Below are positions 10,538 to 19,082 of a DNA stretch of 64,000 nt, piece by piece (within the stretch, counting starts at the first letter, position 1; each line of letters starts with the position of its first letter). This stretch comes from a virus. Lineage: Duplodnaviria > Caudoviricetes. The position numbers and the translations under genes are program-made. Location: positions 1 to 64,000 of the IMG/VR virus record IMGVR_UViG_3300030330_005655; one strand, 5' to 3'. The notes under the pieces are model-generated. The model saw nothing but the letters and a program-made list of their open reading frames with translations. It did not search any database and was not told where the DNA came from.

Positions 10538-11519
10538 TGCTCTTTCTGATAAAATTCCAGAAGTTCTGGAAAGGTTAGGGATTGATGATTATGAAGAGCA
10601 TCCTAATAGGTATGCTTTTCCCTGTCCGATACACGGCGGCGACAAAGAAGACGGATGCACTATATACACAGACTCAGAATCTGTAGTTGGCAACTGGCAA
10701 TGCTGGACAGCAGGATGTCATCACGACCATGTAAATAATATATTTGGATTTATAAGAGCCTGCTTGGGCGCAAAAAAAGGATCTCCGGCAACACTAAATG
10801 AAACTTATGAGTTTTGCTCAAGCATAAAAAAACCAACCAACAAGAGATCAAATCATGACGATATTGGTACTCAGTGCAAGCTTACAGACGTATTTTTAAA
10901 AACTTCTAAAAAAAGCGAACAGAGTATAGATAGAGATACTATAAAAAAATCTTTAAATATACCTTCTAAATATTACTTAGATAGAGGCTTTTCTAAAGAA
11001 GTTCTTGAAACCTTTGATGTTGGTGACTGTTTAGACGCAAGCAAGCCTATGGCTAATAGAGCAGTTGTTCCAATATATGATGGCTATGGCTTGTATGTAG
11101 CTTGCGTTGGCAGATCAATTAATGACAAAATAAAACCAAAATGGCTCAACAGCAAAGGCTTTAAAAAAGATTATCTTTATGGGTTGAATATTGCCAAAGA
11201 AGCCATAATAAAGAGCAGGACAGCTTTTATACTTGAGGGGCAGGGCGATGTCTGGAGAATGCATGAGGCTGGATATAAAAATTCAATAAGCATATTTGGA
11301 TCTGCAATAAATGAAAATCAGTTAGTAATACTAGAAGAGCTTGGAGTAATGAATCTAGTAGTGCTTACAGACTATGATGATGCTGGAGAAAAAGCAGCTA
11401 AACAGATAATAAAAAAATGTGGCAGAAGATTTAACTACACAAGACCAAAACTTGACACTAAGGACGTGGGCGACATGTCTATACAGTCGCTTCAAAAAGA
11501 ACTTTCTTTACAAATATAG
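10497..11519 (+). CDS. dnaG: DNA primase (CHC2 Zn finger + TOPRIM)
   Basis: CPIH...CWTAGC; YLDRG; KWLNS; LYG; EGQGD; DYDDAG. Confidence 0.92.
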   Translation: MKALTQNQISAACDALSDKIPEVLERLGIDDYEEHPNRYAFPCPIHGGDKEDGCTIYTDSESVVGNWQCWTAGCHHDHVNNIFGFIRACLGAKKGSPATLNETYEFCSSIKKPTNKRSNHDDIGTQCKLTDVFLKTSKKSEQSIDRDTIKKSLNIPSKYYLDRGFSKEVLETFDVGDCLDASKPMANRAVVPIYDGYGLYVACVGRSINDKIKPKWLNSKGFKKDYLYGLNIAKEAIIKSRTAFILEGQGDVWRMHEAGYKNSISIFGSAINENQLVILEELGVMNLVVLTDYDDAGEKAAKQIIKKCGRRFNYTRPKLDTKDVGDMSIQSLQKELSLQI

Positions 11520-11526
11520 GTTAATC

Positions 11527-12360
11527 ATGACAAGAATACTAGCATTTTCAGGTAAAAAACAATCGGGAAAAAGCACCCATACAAATTTTATTCATGGCTA
11601 TCAGTTAAAATCCTTTCATGTTATACAAAACTATGCTTTAACAAAGGAAGGCAATCTATTGGTGGAAACAAACGGTTCGTCTGATCAAGAGCCTGTATAT
11701 TCTAAGCTAGACATATCAAGAACAGATGATGAATTCGCTGACTGGGCATCATATCACATGTGGCCCTTTGTTAAGAAATATTCATTTGCACATCCGTTAA
11801 AAAGTATTGCTGTTGAGTTGTTTGGAATTAGACCTGAGCAGGTAAACGGAAGTGATTTTGACAAGAATACAAAAACGCATTTAAGATGGGAAGACATGCC
11901 CATCCTCAAAAGCGGTAAAAGAACAAGTCAGAAAAAAGGAAGAATGACAGCAAGAGAGTTTTTGCAATTTTTTGGAACAGAAATATGTAGACATATGTAT
12001 GAAGACATATGGTCTGAGAGTTTGATAAGAGCAATTAATTCAGAGTCTCCGCTAATAGCAGTGATAGATGATGTGAGATTTGAAAATGAAATTAAAGCAG
12101 TGCAAGATGCTGGCGGAAAAGTTGTTAGGCTAACCAGAAAGTCATCCAAAGACAATCACAAGAGCGAAACTGAACTCGACTCTTACAAAGGTTTTGATTG
12201 TGTTATAGATAATACTAAAATGTCAATTAATGAAACAAATCAAGAAATAATTAAAGCTTTAAAAAGCTGGAACTGGCTTGGAGAAGAGTTACAACCGCGC
12301 CCCCAAAAGCCTAATGAAGAAAGGCAATTAGTTGGAGGTATACATCAAATAAAAGGTTAA
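11527..12360 (+). CDS. Deoxynucleoside monophosphate kinase
   Basis: FSGKKQSGKS, SFAHPLK, REFLQFFGTE, IDDVRFENE, HKSE (T4 gp1-like). Confidence 0.88.
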   Translation: MTRILAFSGKKQSGKSTHTNFIHGYQLKSFHVIQNYALTKEGNLLVETNGSSDQEPVYSKLDISRTDDEFADWASYHMWPFVKKYSFAHPLKSIAVELFGIRPEQVNGSDFDKNTKTHLRWEDMPILKSGKRTSQKKGRMTAREFLQFFGTEICRHMYEDIWSESLIRAINSESPLIAVIDDVRFENEIKAVQDAGGKVVRLTRKSSKDNHKSETELDSYKGFDCVIDNTKMSINETNQEIIKALKSWNWLGEELQPRPQKPNEERQLVGGIHQIKG

Positions 12361-12361
12361 C

Positions 12362-13384
12362 ATGATAGTAACATATATAAGGTCATCAAGCTACGGCAAT
12401 TATGACTTCTGTCAGATGCAATACTTTTTGACCTACGTGCTGGGTCATAGATCGGAGTCTGGCAAAAAGGCGCAGCTAGGGACAGCTTGCCACAAGGTAA
12501 TGGAATGCATGTCTGCCTGCAAAAAGGAAATACAAGAAAAGCCAGATGAAAAAAAATTAATTATTAATGACGATGCGATTGGTGAGATAGAGTTTACGCC
12601 TAAAAAGCTTAATACAAAAAAATTTGTTGCTGATTTGCTAAAGTCTAGTTATGATTATTACACATCATCTGATAATCACAAGTATTACCCTGCGGATTTT
12701 AAATTTTGTCAAAAGCAAGTGGACGCAGCTATATCTTTCAATAACGGTCAGTTTGATCCACGAAATAGAGACATAGTTGACACAGAGCCAACGTTTGACA
12801 TACCAATAGAAGAAGATTGGGCTAAGTATAAATACGAAATGCCGGATGGAAAAGTAATAGAAGGGAACTTGGCTATAAAAGGCACTATAGACCTTGTAAC
12901 AAAAGTAGACGATGACATCATAGAAGTTATAGATTGGAAAACGGGACAGAGAAAAAATTGGGCTACTGGCGAAGAAAAAACTTACGAAAAACTGCTTGAC
13001 GATGCACAATTGCTGTTGTATAATTATGCTATATCTAAGCTTTATCCCAACTACAGCCAAGCGATTATGTCAATATTTTTCACTAGAGATGGTGGACCGT
13101 TTAGCATGTGCTTTGATAAATCAGACCAAGATAGATTTCTAGAAATGCTTAAAAAAAGATATCAAGAAATTCAAGACAACATCAAGCCCAAGCCGATCAA
13201 TAGTAGTCGTAGAGATTTTAGATGTCAAAAGCTTTGTCATTTCTATAAAAACAAATGGCCGGGAACAAATACTACTATGTGTGAATATGTTGAAAAAAGG
13301 CTTTACTCTATAGGTCACGATGAAACCGTAAAAGAATGCACAAAAGAAGGATTTAATATAGGATATTACGAGGCTCCCGGATAA
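12362..13384 (+). CDS. PD-(D/E)XK exonuclease, Cas4/AddB-like
   Basis: N-terminal Cys, G..CH, GTIDLV, IDWKTG, QLLLY, C-terminal CQKLC...C (possible Fe-S staple). Confidence 0.85.
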   Translation: MIVTYIRSSSYGNYDFCQMQYFLTYVLGHRSESGKKAQLGTACHKVMECMSACKKEIQEKPDEKKLIINDDAIGEIEFTPKKLNTKKFVADLLKSSYDYYTSSDNHKYYPADFKFCQKQVDAAISFNNGQFDPRNRDIVDTEPTFDIPIEEDWAKYKYEMPDGKVIEGNLAIKGTIDLVTKVDDDIIEVIDWKTGQRKNWATGEEKTYEKLLDDAQLLLYNYAISKLYPNYSQAIMSIFFTRDGGPFSMCFDKSDQDRFLEMLKKRYQEIQDNIKPKPINSSRRDFRCQKLCHFYKNKWPGTNTTMCEYVEKRLYSIGHDETVKECTKEGFNIGYYEAPG

Positions 13385-14229
13385 TGGCACAATTAGTAGA
13401 TATTAAAAAAGACTTTGATAGCGGTAACAAATTCACTCTTGATGTTGCTACACACTTAGCATCTATGATAAGTGATAGATTTAGAATTATTGTAAAATAC
13501 GAAAGCCAGTTATGTAATATACCTAATGACAATAAGATAAACATACTGTTCTCCACATCAAGAGAAACTCACGATATGCCCGATTACATTGAGCATGAAA
13601 GAGTTGCGATGGTGTTTCAGCACTATGCTCCGCTAGATAGCTGGGGTTATCCAAGCCCACATAAAAAAATATTTCCCGCTCCAGCAGGGTATTTTATAAA
13701 TGATATCGAATCAATGGTTGAAGAGATAAAACCGTTGCAGGATAGAGAGTATGATTTTTGTTTTATTGGACAGATTCCCCATACTGGAACTAGGGATATG
13801 TTCAAAAGAAATTTAGATAAATTGATAAAAAATCATGGAGATAAATTTAATTGTTATGTAAAATATACTAGCGCATTTGGAACAGGGTTAGATCATCAGG
13901 AGTATTTAGATGTTTTAAATAACTCTAAGCTTTGTCTTTGTCCACATGGAGCTTTTTCCGCAGAAACCTTTAGGTTTTTTGAAGCCGTAAAAATGGGATG
14001 CATTCCTGTGGTAAATAAGCTTCCAAAATTTTGGTACTATCAAAACGCACCTATTGTTTTTGCAGAATGGCCGTTTTTGAAAGACCAAATGGAGACAATA
14101 CTAAATTCTTTGCAAGACGAAGAAGTGCTAAATAGATTTACAAAAGTTATAAATACATACAATGAAAAAATATTGAACCCACAGGGCTTGGCGACCCTAA
14201 TGAAAAAAGCAGTTGACACCATTGGATAA
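13384..14229 (+). CDS. Exostosin-like (GT47) glycosyltransferase
   Basis: YDFCFIG...R; Y...LNNSKLCLCPHG..ETFRFFEAVKMGCIPVV. Confidence 0.78.
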   Translation: MAQLVDIKKDFDSGNKFTLDVATHLASMISDRFRIIVKYESQLCNIPNDNKINILFSTSRETHDMPDYIEHERVAMVFQHYAPLDSWGYPSPHKKIFPAPAGYFINDIESMVEEIKPLQDREYDFCFIGQIPHTGTRDMFKRNLDKLIKNHGDKFNCYVKYTSAFGTGLDHQEYLDVLNNSKLCLCPHGAFSAETFRFFEAVKMGCIPVVNKLPKFWYYQNAPIVFAEWPFLKDQMETILNSLQDEEVLNRFTKVINTYNEKILNPQGLATLMKKAVDTIG

Positions 14230-14233
14230 AAGA

Positions 14234-15820
14234 ATGTTTGCACCTATAAATTGTAAAACTCACTTTAGTTTATTGAGGGGTTTTTGTAAACCCGATAAAT
14301 TGGCTAAAAAATGCGTAGAATATAATTATGATTTTTGCGTATTGTCTGATATAAACACCCTGTCTGGCGCTGTAGATTTTAGTAAGGCTTGTAAAGATAA
14401 TGGTATTAAACCCATCATAGGATATGATACAGAGTCTTTTCTGCTTATAGCAAAAAATAAAAACGGATGGTTGGATCTGATTAAATATTCATCTAGTGAA
14501 AAAACCATAGATGACTTGAAAACCGTGGCAAAGAATAAAAACGTAATTTTTGTAACACCAAAATCAGATAGCTCGCATAGAAAATTATGGTCTAATAATT
14601 ATTATTGCTACAACTACGATAAGGATTCTGTATATTATGTAACAAAAGATGAGTCGGATCTACATAGAATATTGCTATGCTCTGGAATGAAAACAACAAT
14701 ACCAAAAGTAAATAGCAAAATTCAAAAAGGCGAAGACTTTGATAATAAAATATTTTTTACTACGGATTCTTTCTATCTAAAGAAACCAAAAGCAGTTCCA
14801 CAAGCGCAAAAAAAACTTCATCAAGCACTAATAGACTGTGAAGACTACGACATCACAGGAAAGCCAATGCTTCCAGAGTTTGATGTGCCAAAGGGCTATG
14901 ACAACAATGAGTATTTAAAACAGCTTTGTCGTGATGGATGGAAAGCAAAGCTTGGCAAAGCGGGAAAAGTTTCAAACCCAGAAAAGAAACAGCAGTATCT
15001 TGAAAGGGTCAAGCTTGAACTTGAGGTTATATTTAAAGCAAATCTTAGCGGGTACTTTTTAATTGTTCAAGATATTGTAAATTATGTAAAAAAATGTGGT
15101 TGGTTGGCTGGACCGGGACGAGGCTCTGCTGCTGGCTGCTTAATTTCTTATCTTTTGGGAATAACAGAGGTTGATCCTATCGAGTACGATCTTCTTTTTG
15201 AAAGATTTTACAACGAGGGAAGAAATACTGAGGACTACATATCGCTTCCTGATGTTGACATGGATGTTCCGGCAGAACATAGAGACGAAGTTATAGATTA
15301 CATCAAGCAAAAGTATGGTGTTGATAAAGTTTCACAGATGATTACGTTTGGAAAACTTCAAGGACGTGCTGCGATCAAAGAGGTTTTAAGAATTAGCGAT
15401 GCTGTGTCATTTTCAGAAATGAACACTATAACAGAAAGCATACCTGATGAAGCAAAAATTTCTGATCAACTAGAGCTTATGGATGACAAGTCTATAATTA
15501 GATGGTCGCTAGAAAATGAAGCAGATAATTTAAGAAACTGGTGCTATTATGACAAGGATGGAAACTTGGACGGGCCACTGGCTCATTATTTTGAACAAGC
15601 TATAAAAATAGAGGGAACAAACAAATCTCAGGGAAAACACGCCGCAGGAGTTATCATATCTAAACATCCCCTGTCAACTGTTTGTCCGATGGTTTTGGAC
15701 AAGTCTGGCAATATGATTGCTGGATTAGAAATGAACGACCTAGAATCTATGGGTCATGTAAAATTTGATGTTTTGGGAATTGATCTTTTATCTAAAATTA
15801 TGGAAATTTGCAAGGAGTAA
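14234..15820 (+). CDS. dnaE: DNA polymerase III alpha, N-terminal part (degenerate PHP + palm/thumb)
   Basis: THFSLL, GYFLIV.D, GPGRGSAAG, LLFERF, LPDVDMD, HAAGV, KFDVLG, then stop. Confidence 0.93.
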   Translation: MFAPINCKTHFSLLRGFCKPDKLAKKCVEYNYDFCVLSDINTLSGAVDFSKACKDNGIKPIIGYDTESFLLIAKNKNGWLDLIKYSSSEKTIDDLKTVAKNKNVIFVTPKSDSSHRKLWSNNYYCYNYDKDSVYYVTKDESDLHRILLCSGMKTTIPKVNSKIQKGEDFDNKIFFTTDSFYLKKPKAVPQAQKKLHQALIDCEDYDITGKPMLPEFDVPKGYDNNEYLKQLCRDGWKAKLGKAGKVSNPEKKQQYLERVKLELEVIFKANLSGYFLIVQDIVNYVKKCGWLAGPGRGSAAGCLISYLLGITEVDPIEYDLLFERFYNEGRNTEDYISLPDVDMDVPAEHRDEVIDYIKQKYGVDKVSQMITFGKLQGRAAIKEVLRISDAVSFSEMNTITESIPDEAKISDQLELMDDKSIIRWSLENEADNLRNWCYYDKDGNLDGPLAHYFEQAIKIEGTNKSQGKHAAGVIISKHPLSTVCPMVLDKSGNMIAGLEMNDLESMGHVKFDVLGIDLLSKIMEICKE

Positions 15821-15822
15821 AA

Positions 15823-16038
15823 ATGACTGCTACTGAAGATGACTATAAATCTGTTATTTTTTCTGGATGTTCTATTGACTATAAAGGTATTTCTATATGC
15901 AATTTAGCAAACACAAACCCTAGAATGGTTAGTGGTAATGAATATCAGGTATGGTCTGACAAGCACAACCATTATGCGATTTATAAGAATATAGATGAGG
16001 CTGTTAGAGAATTTATGAAACTTTTAAAAAGGAAATAA
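15823..16038 (+). CDS. Small hypothetical protein between the dnaE halves
   Basis: 71 aa ORF preceded by AAGGAG; tight packing. Confidence 0.6.
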   Translation: MTATEDDYKSVIFSGCSIDYKGISICNLANTNPRMVSGNEYQVWSDKHNHYAIYKNIDEAVREFMKLLKRK

Positions 16039-16039
16039 G

Positions 16040-16735
16040 ATGGCTAATTATAGAGACATTATAGTTTTTGACTTTGAGACCGGAAGCGCAGACCCAAGAA
16101 CCTGTCAGCCCACACAGATTGCCGCCGTAGCGATCCACGCTAGGAAGCTAGAGCTACAGCCCGGAGGGTTCTTTAATAGTGAAATAAGGCCAATTATAGA
16201 CGACGACGAGGCTATTAAAGCTGGCGTTGCGCCGCTAGAAGATGACGCGCTCAGAATCACAAGAAAAACAAGAGACGAATTAGCAAAAGCTCCACCGCTT
16301 AAAACGGTTTGGAATAAATTTGCACAATTTTGCGATAAGTATAACTGGAAAAAGGACTCTTGGAACGTTCCAATCGCGGCTGGTTATAACATCAATGGTT
16401 TCGACATGCCCATCGTGGAAAGAATGTGTCAGCAATTTGGTCCTACAAATTCTAAACGTGGAACCCAAGGAATATTCAATCCTATTTTTACAATAGATAT
16501 GATGCAGCACATCTACTGTTGGTTTGAAAATAATCACGATGTTAAAAAATACGGCATGGATTATTTGAGAGACTACTTTGGAATGAGTCAAGCTAGCAAG
16601 GAAAATGCTCACGATGCACTGCAAGATGTTAAAGACACAGCAAATATAATGATAAAGTTTTTGAAGCTACAGCGAACCCTTTTAAACAAGGTTAAGTTTG
16701 AAAAAACCTTTGCTAATGGTGATATTTACGTATGA
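16040..16735 (+). CDS. DEDDh 3'-5' exonuclease (epsilon/DnaQ-like)
   Basis: ExoI FDFETG, ExoII YNINGFD, ExoIII HDALQD. Confidence 0.9.
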   Translation: MANYRDIIVFDFETGSADPRTCQPTQIAAVAIHARKLELQPGGFFNSEIRPIIDDDEAIKAGVAPLEDDALRITRKTRDELAKAPPLKTVWNKFAQFCDKYNWKKDSWNVPIAAGYNINGFDMPIVERMCQQFGPTNSKRGTQGIFNPIFTIDMMQHIYCWFENNHDVKKYGMDYLRDYFGMSQASKENAHDALQDVKDTANIMIKFLKLQRTLLNKVKFEKTFANGDIYV

Positions 16736-17202
16736 ATTTAAAACAACTAACCTTGTTTGAACTACCAGAAGTAGCAAATCATAAAGTTTCTGATGAAGAT
16801 GTAATTGATATTAGTAAAATAAAGGCTAACTTTGTCGGAGACAGAGAAATGCATAGAAAATCTAATATTATGATCTCTAAGTTAAACTCTATTGATTCTG
16901 GTAAGTATTTTCTTTATAAGAATACTGGTGGTTTTCCATATGTGATAGGGGCAAAAGGTAAAAAATTATCAGTAAGCACTACGAGAAATCAGTATCCATG
17001 TATAGGTTTAGGTGGAGTTGTAATAGCTATGCACAGATTAGTAGCATTAGCGTTTATAGAAAATGACGACACCTCTAAAAAACTAGAAGTAGATCACATA
17101 AACGATGATAAGTCAGACTACAGAGTGGAAAACTTGCAGTGGGTAACAAACGGTTTTAACTCTAAAAAAGCTCAACAGAAAAGAAAAGGGTTACAAGATT
17201 GA
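16732..17202 (+). mobile_element. Free-standing HNH homing endonuclease gene
   Basis: HRLVALAFI...VDHINDDKSDYRVENLQWVT (HNH_3-type); flanked by TGAATTT direct repeats. Confidence 0.85.
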
Positions 17203-18737
17203 ATTTTGATATTAATAATTTTGAAGATGAAGAAACTTGGGACTTAATCTGTGAAGGACGAACTAAAGGTGTCTTTCAGTTAGAATCAAACCTTGGTAAA
17301 AAATGGGCTAAAGAAGTTCAGCCAAGATCTATAAGTGAACTAGCCGCTTTAATTTCTCTGATCAGGCCGGGATGTCTGAAGGCATACACCGAGGGTAAAT
17401 CTATGACGCAACACTATGCCGACAGAAAAAAGAGCATAGATGCTGTTGATTACCCGCATGAGTCTTTAGAGCCTATCCTAAAAGAAACATATGGCGTTCT
17501 TGTTTACCAAGAGCAAAGCATGAAAATAGCCCAACAGCTTGCAGGATTTGATCTAAAAGAAGCAGACTCGCTGCGTAAAGCAATCGGCAAGAAGAAAGCA
17601 GGACTCATGGAAGAGGTTAAAAAATCTTTTCTGGAAGGCGCAGAAGAACAAGAGATTGTAACCAAAGAGGTTGCAGAAGAAATATTTTCTTGGATTGAAA
17701 AGTCTAATCGCTACGCCTTTAATAAGAGCCATGCGGTATCTTATGCGATTGACGCATACTGGAGCGCTTACTGCAAATGTCATAGGCTGGAAAAATTTTA
17801 CATCAGCTATATGAATCGCTCAGACAGAAAGCCAAAGCCAGAAATAGAACTTAAACAGTTAATCATGGACGCAAGAAGGGAGAATATAGAGACATATCCC
17901 CCAAGATTAAACAATATGTATACAAACTTTCTATATAAAAATGATACAATACATTTTGGTCTTAGGCATATCAAGAATGTTGGTGTGAAAGAGTGTGAAA
18001 AAATAGAAGAGTTGAAACAGGAACAAGATATTTCTCAATTTACTTGGATGGACTGCTTGGTAAAAGCCATACATAAAAAGAAAATTAATAAAAGAGCAGT
18101 TATCGCTATGATATCTGTAGGGTGTTTTAACGGACCCAATAATAGAATTTCAAGACAAAAAATGCTATATGATTATGATAGCTGGAATTCTCTGTCTCCA
18201 AGAGAAAAAGATTGCATATCTGACAACTATAAAAGCCAAATGACATTGGCTGAGTGTGTTCAGGGTTTGCCAACATGGACAAAAATTAACTCAAAAAGAC
18301 TAGATGTTGTTTCTGGAATAGAGCAATCCCTAACATCACCATTTTTTAGCTTGGATGATGATTCTGCATCAATCGCAGAGTTAGAAATAAAGTATCTTGG
18401 CTGTGCATTAACTTGTAGCAAAGCAGATATGATAAATATTTCAACTAATATGTGCAAAGATGTATCAAATTCTACTATAAAAGGTAAAGTGAGCCTGTCT
18501 GTTGTTTTAAATTCAGTAAGGGTGTACAAAACTAAAAGAGGAAAAAATCCCGGCCAAGAAATGGCTTTCTTGTGTCTAGAGGATTCTAGTGGAGAACTAG
18601 ACTCCGTGACTATTTTCCCAGAAACGTATACTAAATATAAGCATCTTTTGATAGAGGGTAACACCATTTTTGTAAATGCTGAAACATCTAAAAAAGAAAA
18701 AGGCTCCATAATAGTAAATAAAGTTGTTCAGGTTTGA
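17199..18737 (+). CDS. dnaE: DNA polymerase III alpha, C-terminal part (fingers, HhH, OB)
   Basis: GVFQLES, LIRPG, TYGVLVYQEQ, ADSLRKAIGKK, YAFNKSHA, GLRHIKNVG, MAFLCLEDSSG; TTG start overlaps HNH stop. Confidence 0.92.
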   Translation: MNFDINNFEDEETWDLICEGRTKGVFQLESNLGKKWAKEVQPRSISELAALISLIRPGCLKAYTEGKSMTQHYADRKKSIDAVDYPHESLEPILKETYGVLVYQEQSMKIAQQLAGFDLKEADSLRKAIGKKKAGLMEEVKKSFLEGAEEQEIVTKEVAEEIFSWIEKSNRYAFNKSHAVSYAIDAYWSAYCKCHRLEKFYISYMNRSDRKPKPEIELKQLIMDARRENIETYPPRLNNMYTNFLYKNDTIHFGLRHIKNVGVKECEKIEELKQEQDISQFTWMDCLVKAIHKKKINKRAVIAMISVGCFNGPNNRISRQKMLYDYDSWNSLSPREKDCISDNYKSQMTLAECVQGLPTWTKINSKRLDVVSGIEQSLTSPFFSLDDDSASIAELEIKYLGCALTCSKADMINISTNMCKDVSNSTIKGKVSLSVVLNSVRVYKTKRGKNPGQEMAFLCLEDSSGELDSVTIFPETYTKYKHLLIEGNTIFVNAETSKKEKGSIIVNKVVQV

Positions 18738-18746
18738 AAGGATATT

Positions 18747-19082
18747 ATGAATAATTGCTACTTTATTGGTAGGCTTAGAGAGCCTGTAAATATTATAAAA
18801 ACCGAGAGGGGTGTAAGCAAGTCAGAATTTTACTTAGAGATAGAGGAATATAGGAAAAATAAAAACGGTCAAAAGACTAGAGCTACAGAAGTTTTTTTAT
18901 TCGAGGCTTGGGACACGGCGGCTTTAACTATATCTCAAAGACTATCTGTAGGCGACTTGGTTGCAGTTGAGTGTACAGCAAGAGACTCGCTTCATAAAAA
19001 CAACTCTCCAAGTGTGTATTTTAGGGTTAATAATTTTAGAATCTTCAATAAAGAAAAATTCCACCCTTTGGAAAATAAATGA
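18747..19082 (+). CDS. ssb: Single-stranded DNA-binding protein (OB fold, no acidic tail)
   Basis: MNNCYFIGRL...EAWDTAA...GDLVAVE. Confidence 0.75.
   Translation: MNNCYFIGRLREPVNIIKTERGVSKSEFYLEIEEYRKNKNGQKTRATEVFLFEAWDTAALTISQRLSVGDLVAVECTARDSLHKNNSPSVYFRVNNFRIFNKEKFHPLENK

Noticed and set aside
11419-11526. N-terminal extension of dNMP kinase
   Set aside because: Overlaps dnaG; P-loop kinases of this family start just before the Walker A (ATG 11527)
12362-13384. CRISPR-Cas system (Cas4-like gene)
   Set aside because: No repeat-spacer array or other cas genes seen; solo Cas4-like nucleases are common in phage replication modules
15700-17300. Split intein or group I intron joining the dnaE halves
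   Set aside because: No intein N-terminal (C/S) block or HN-C/S/T terminus, and the interval is filled with coupled ORFs leaving no non-coding space
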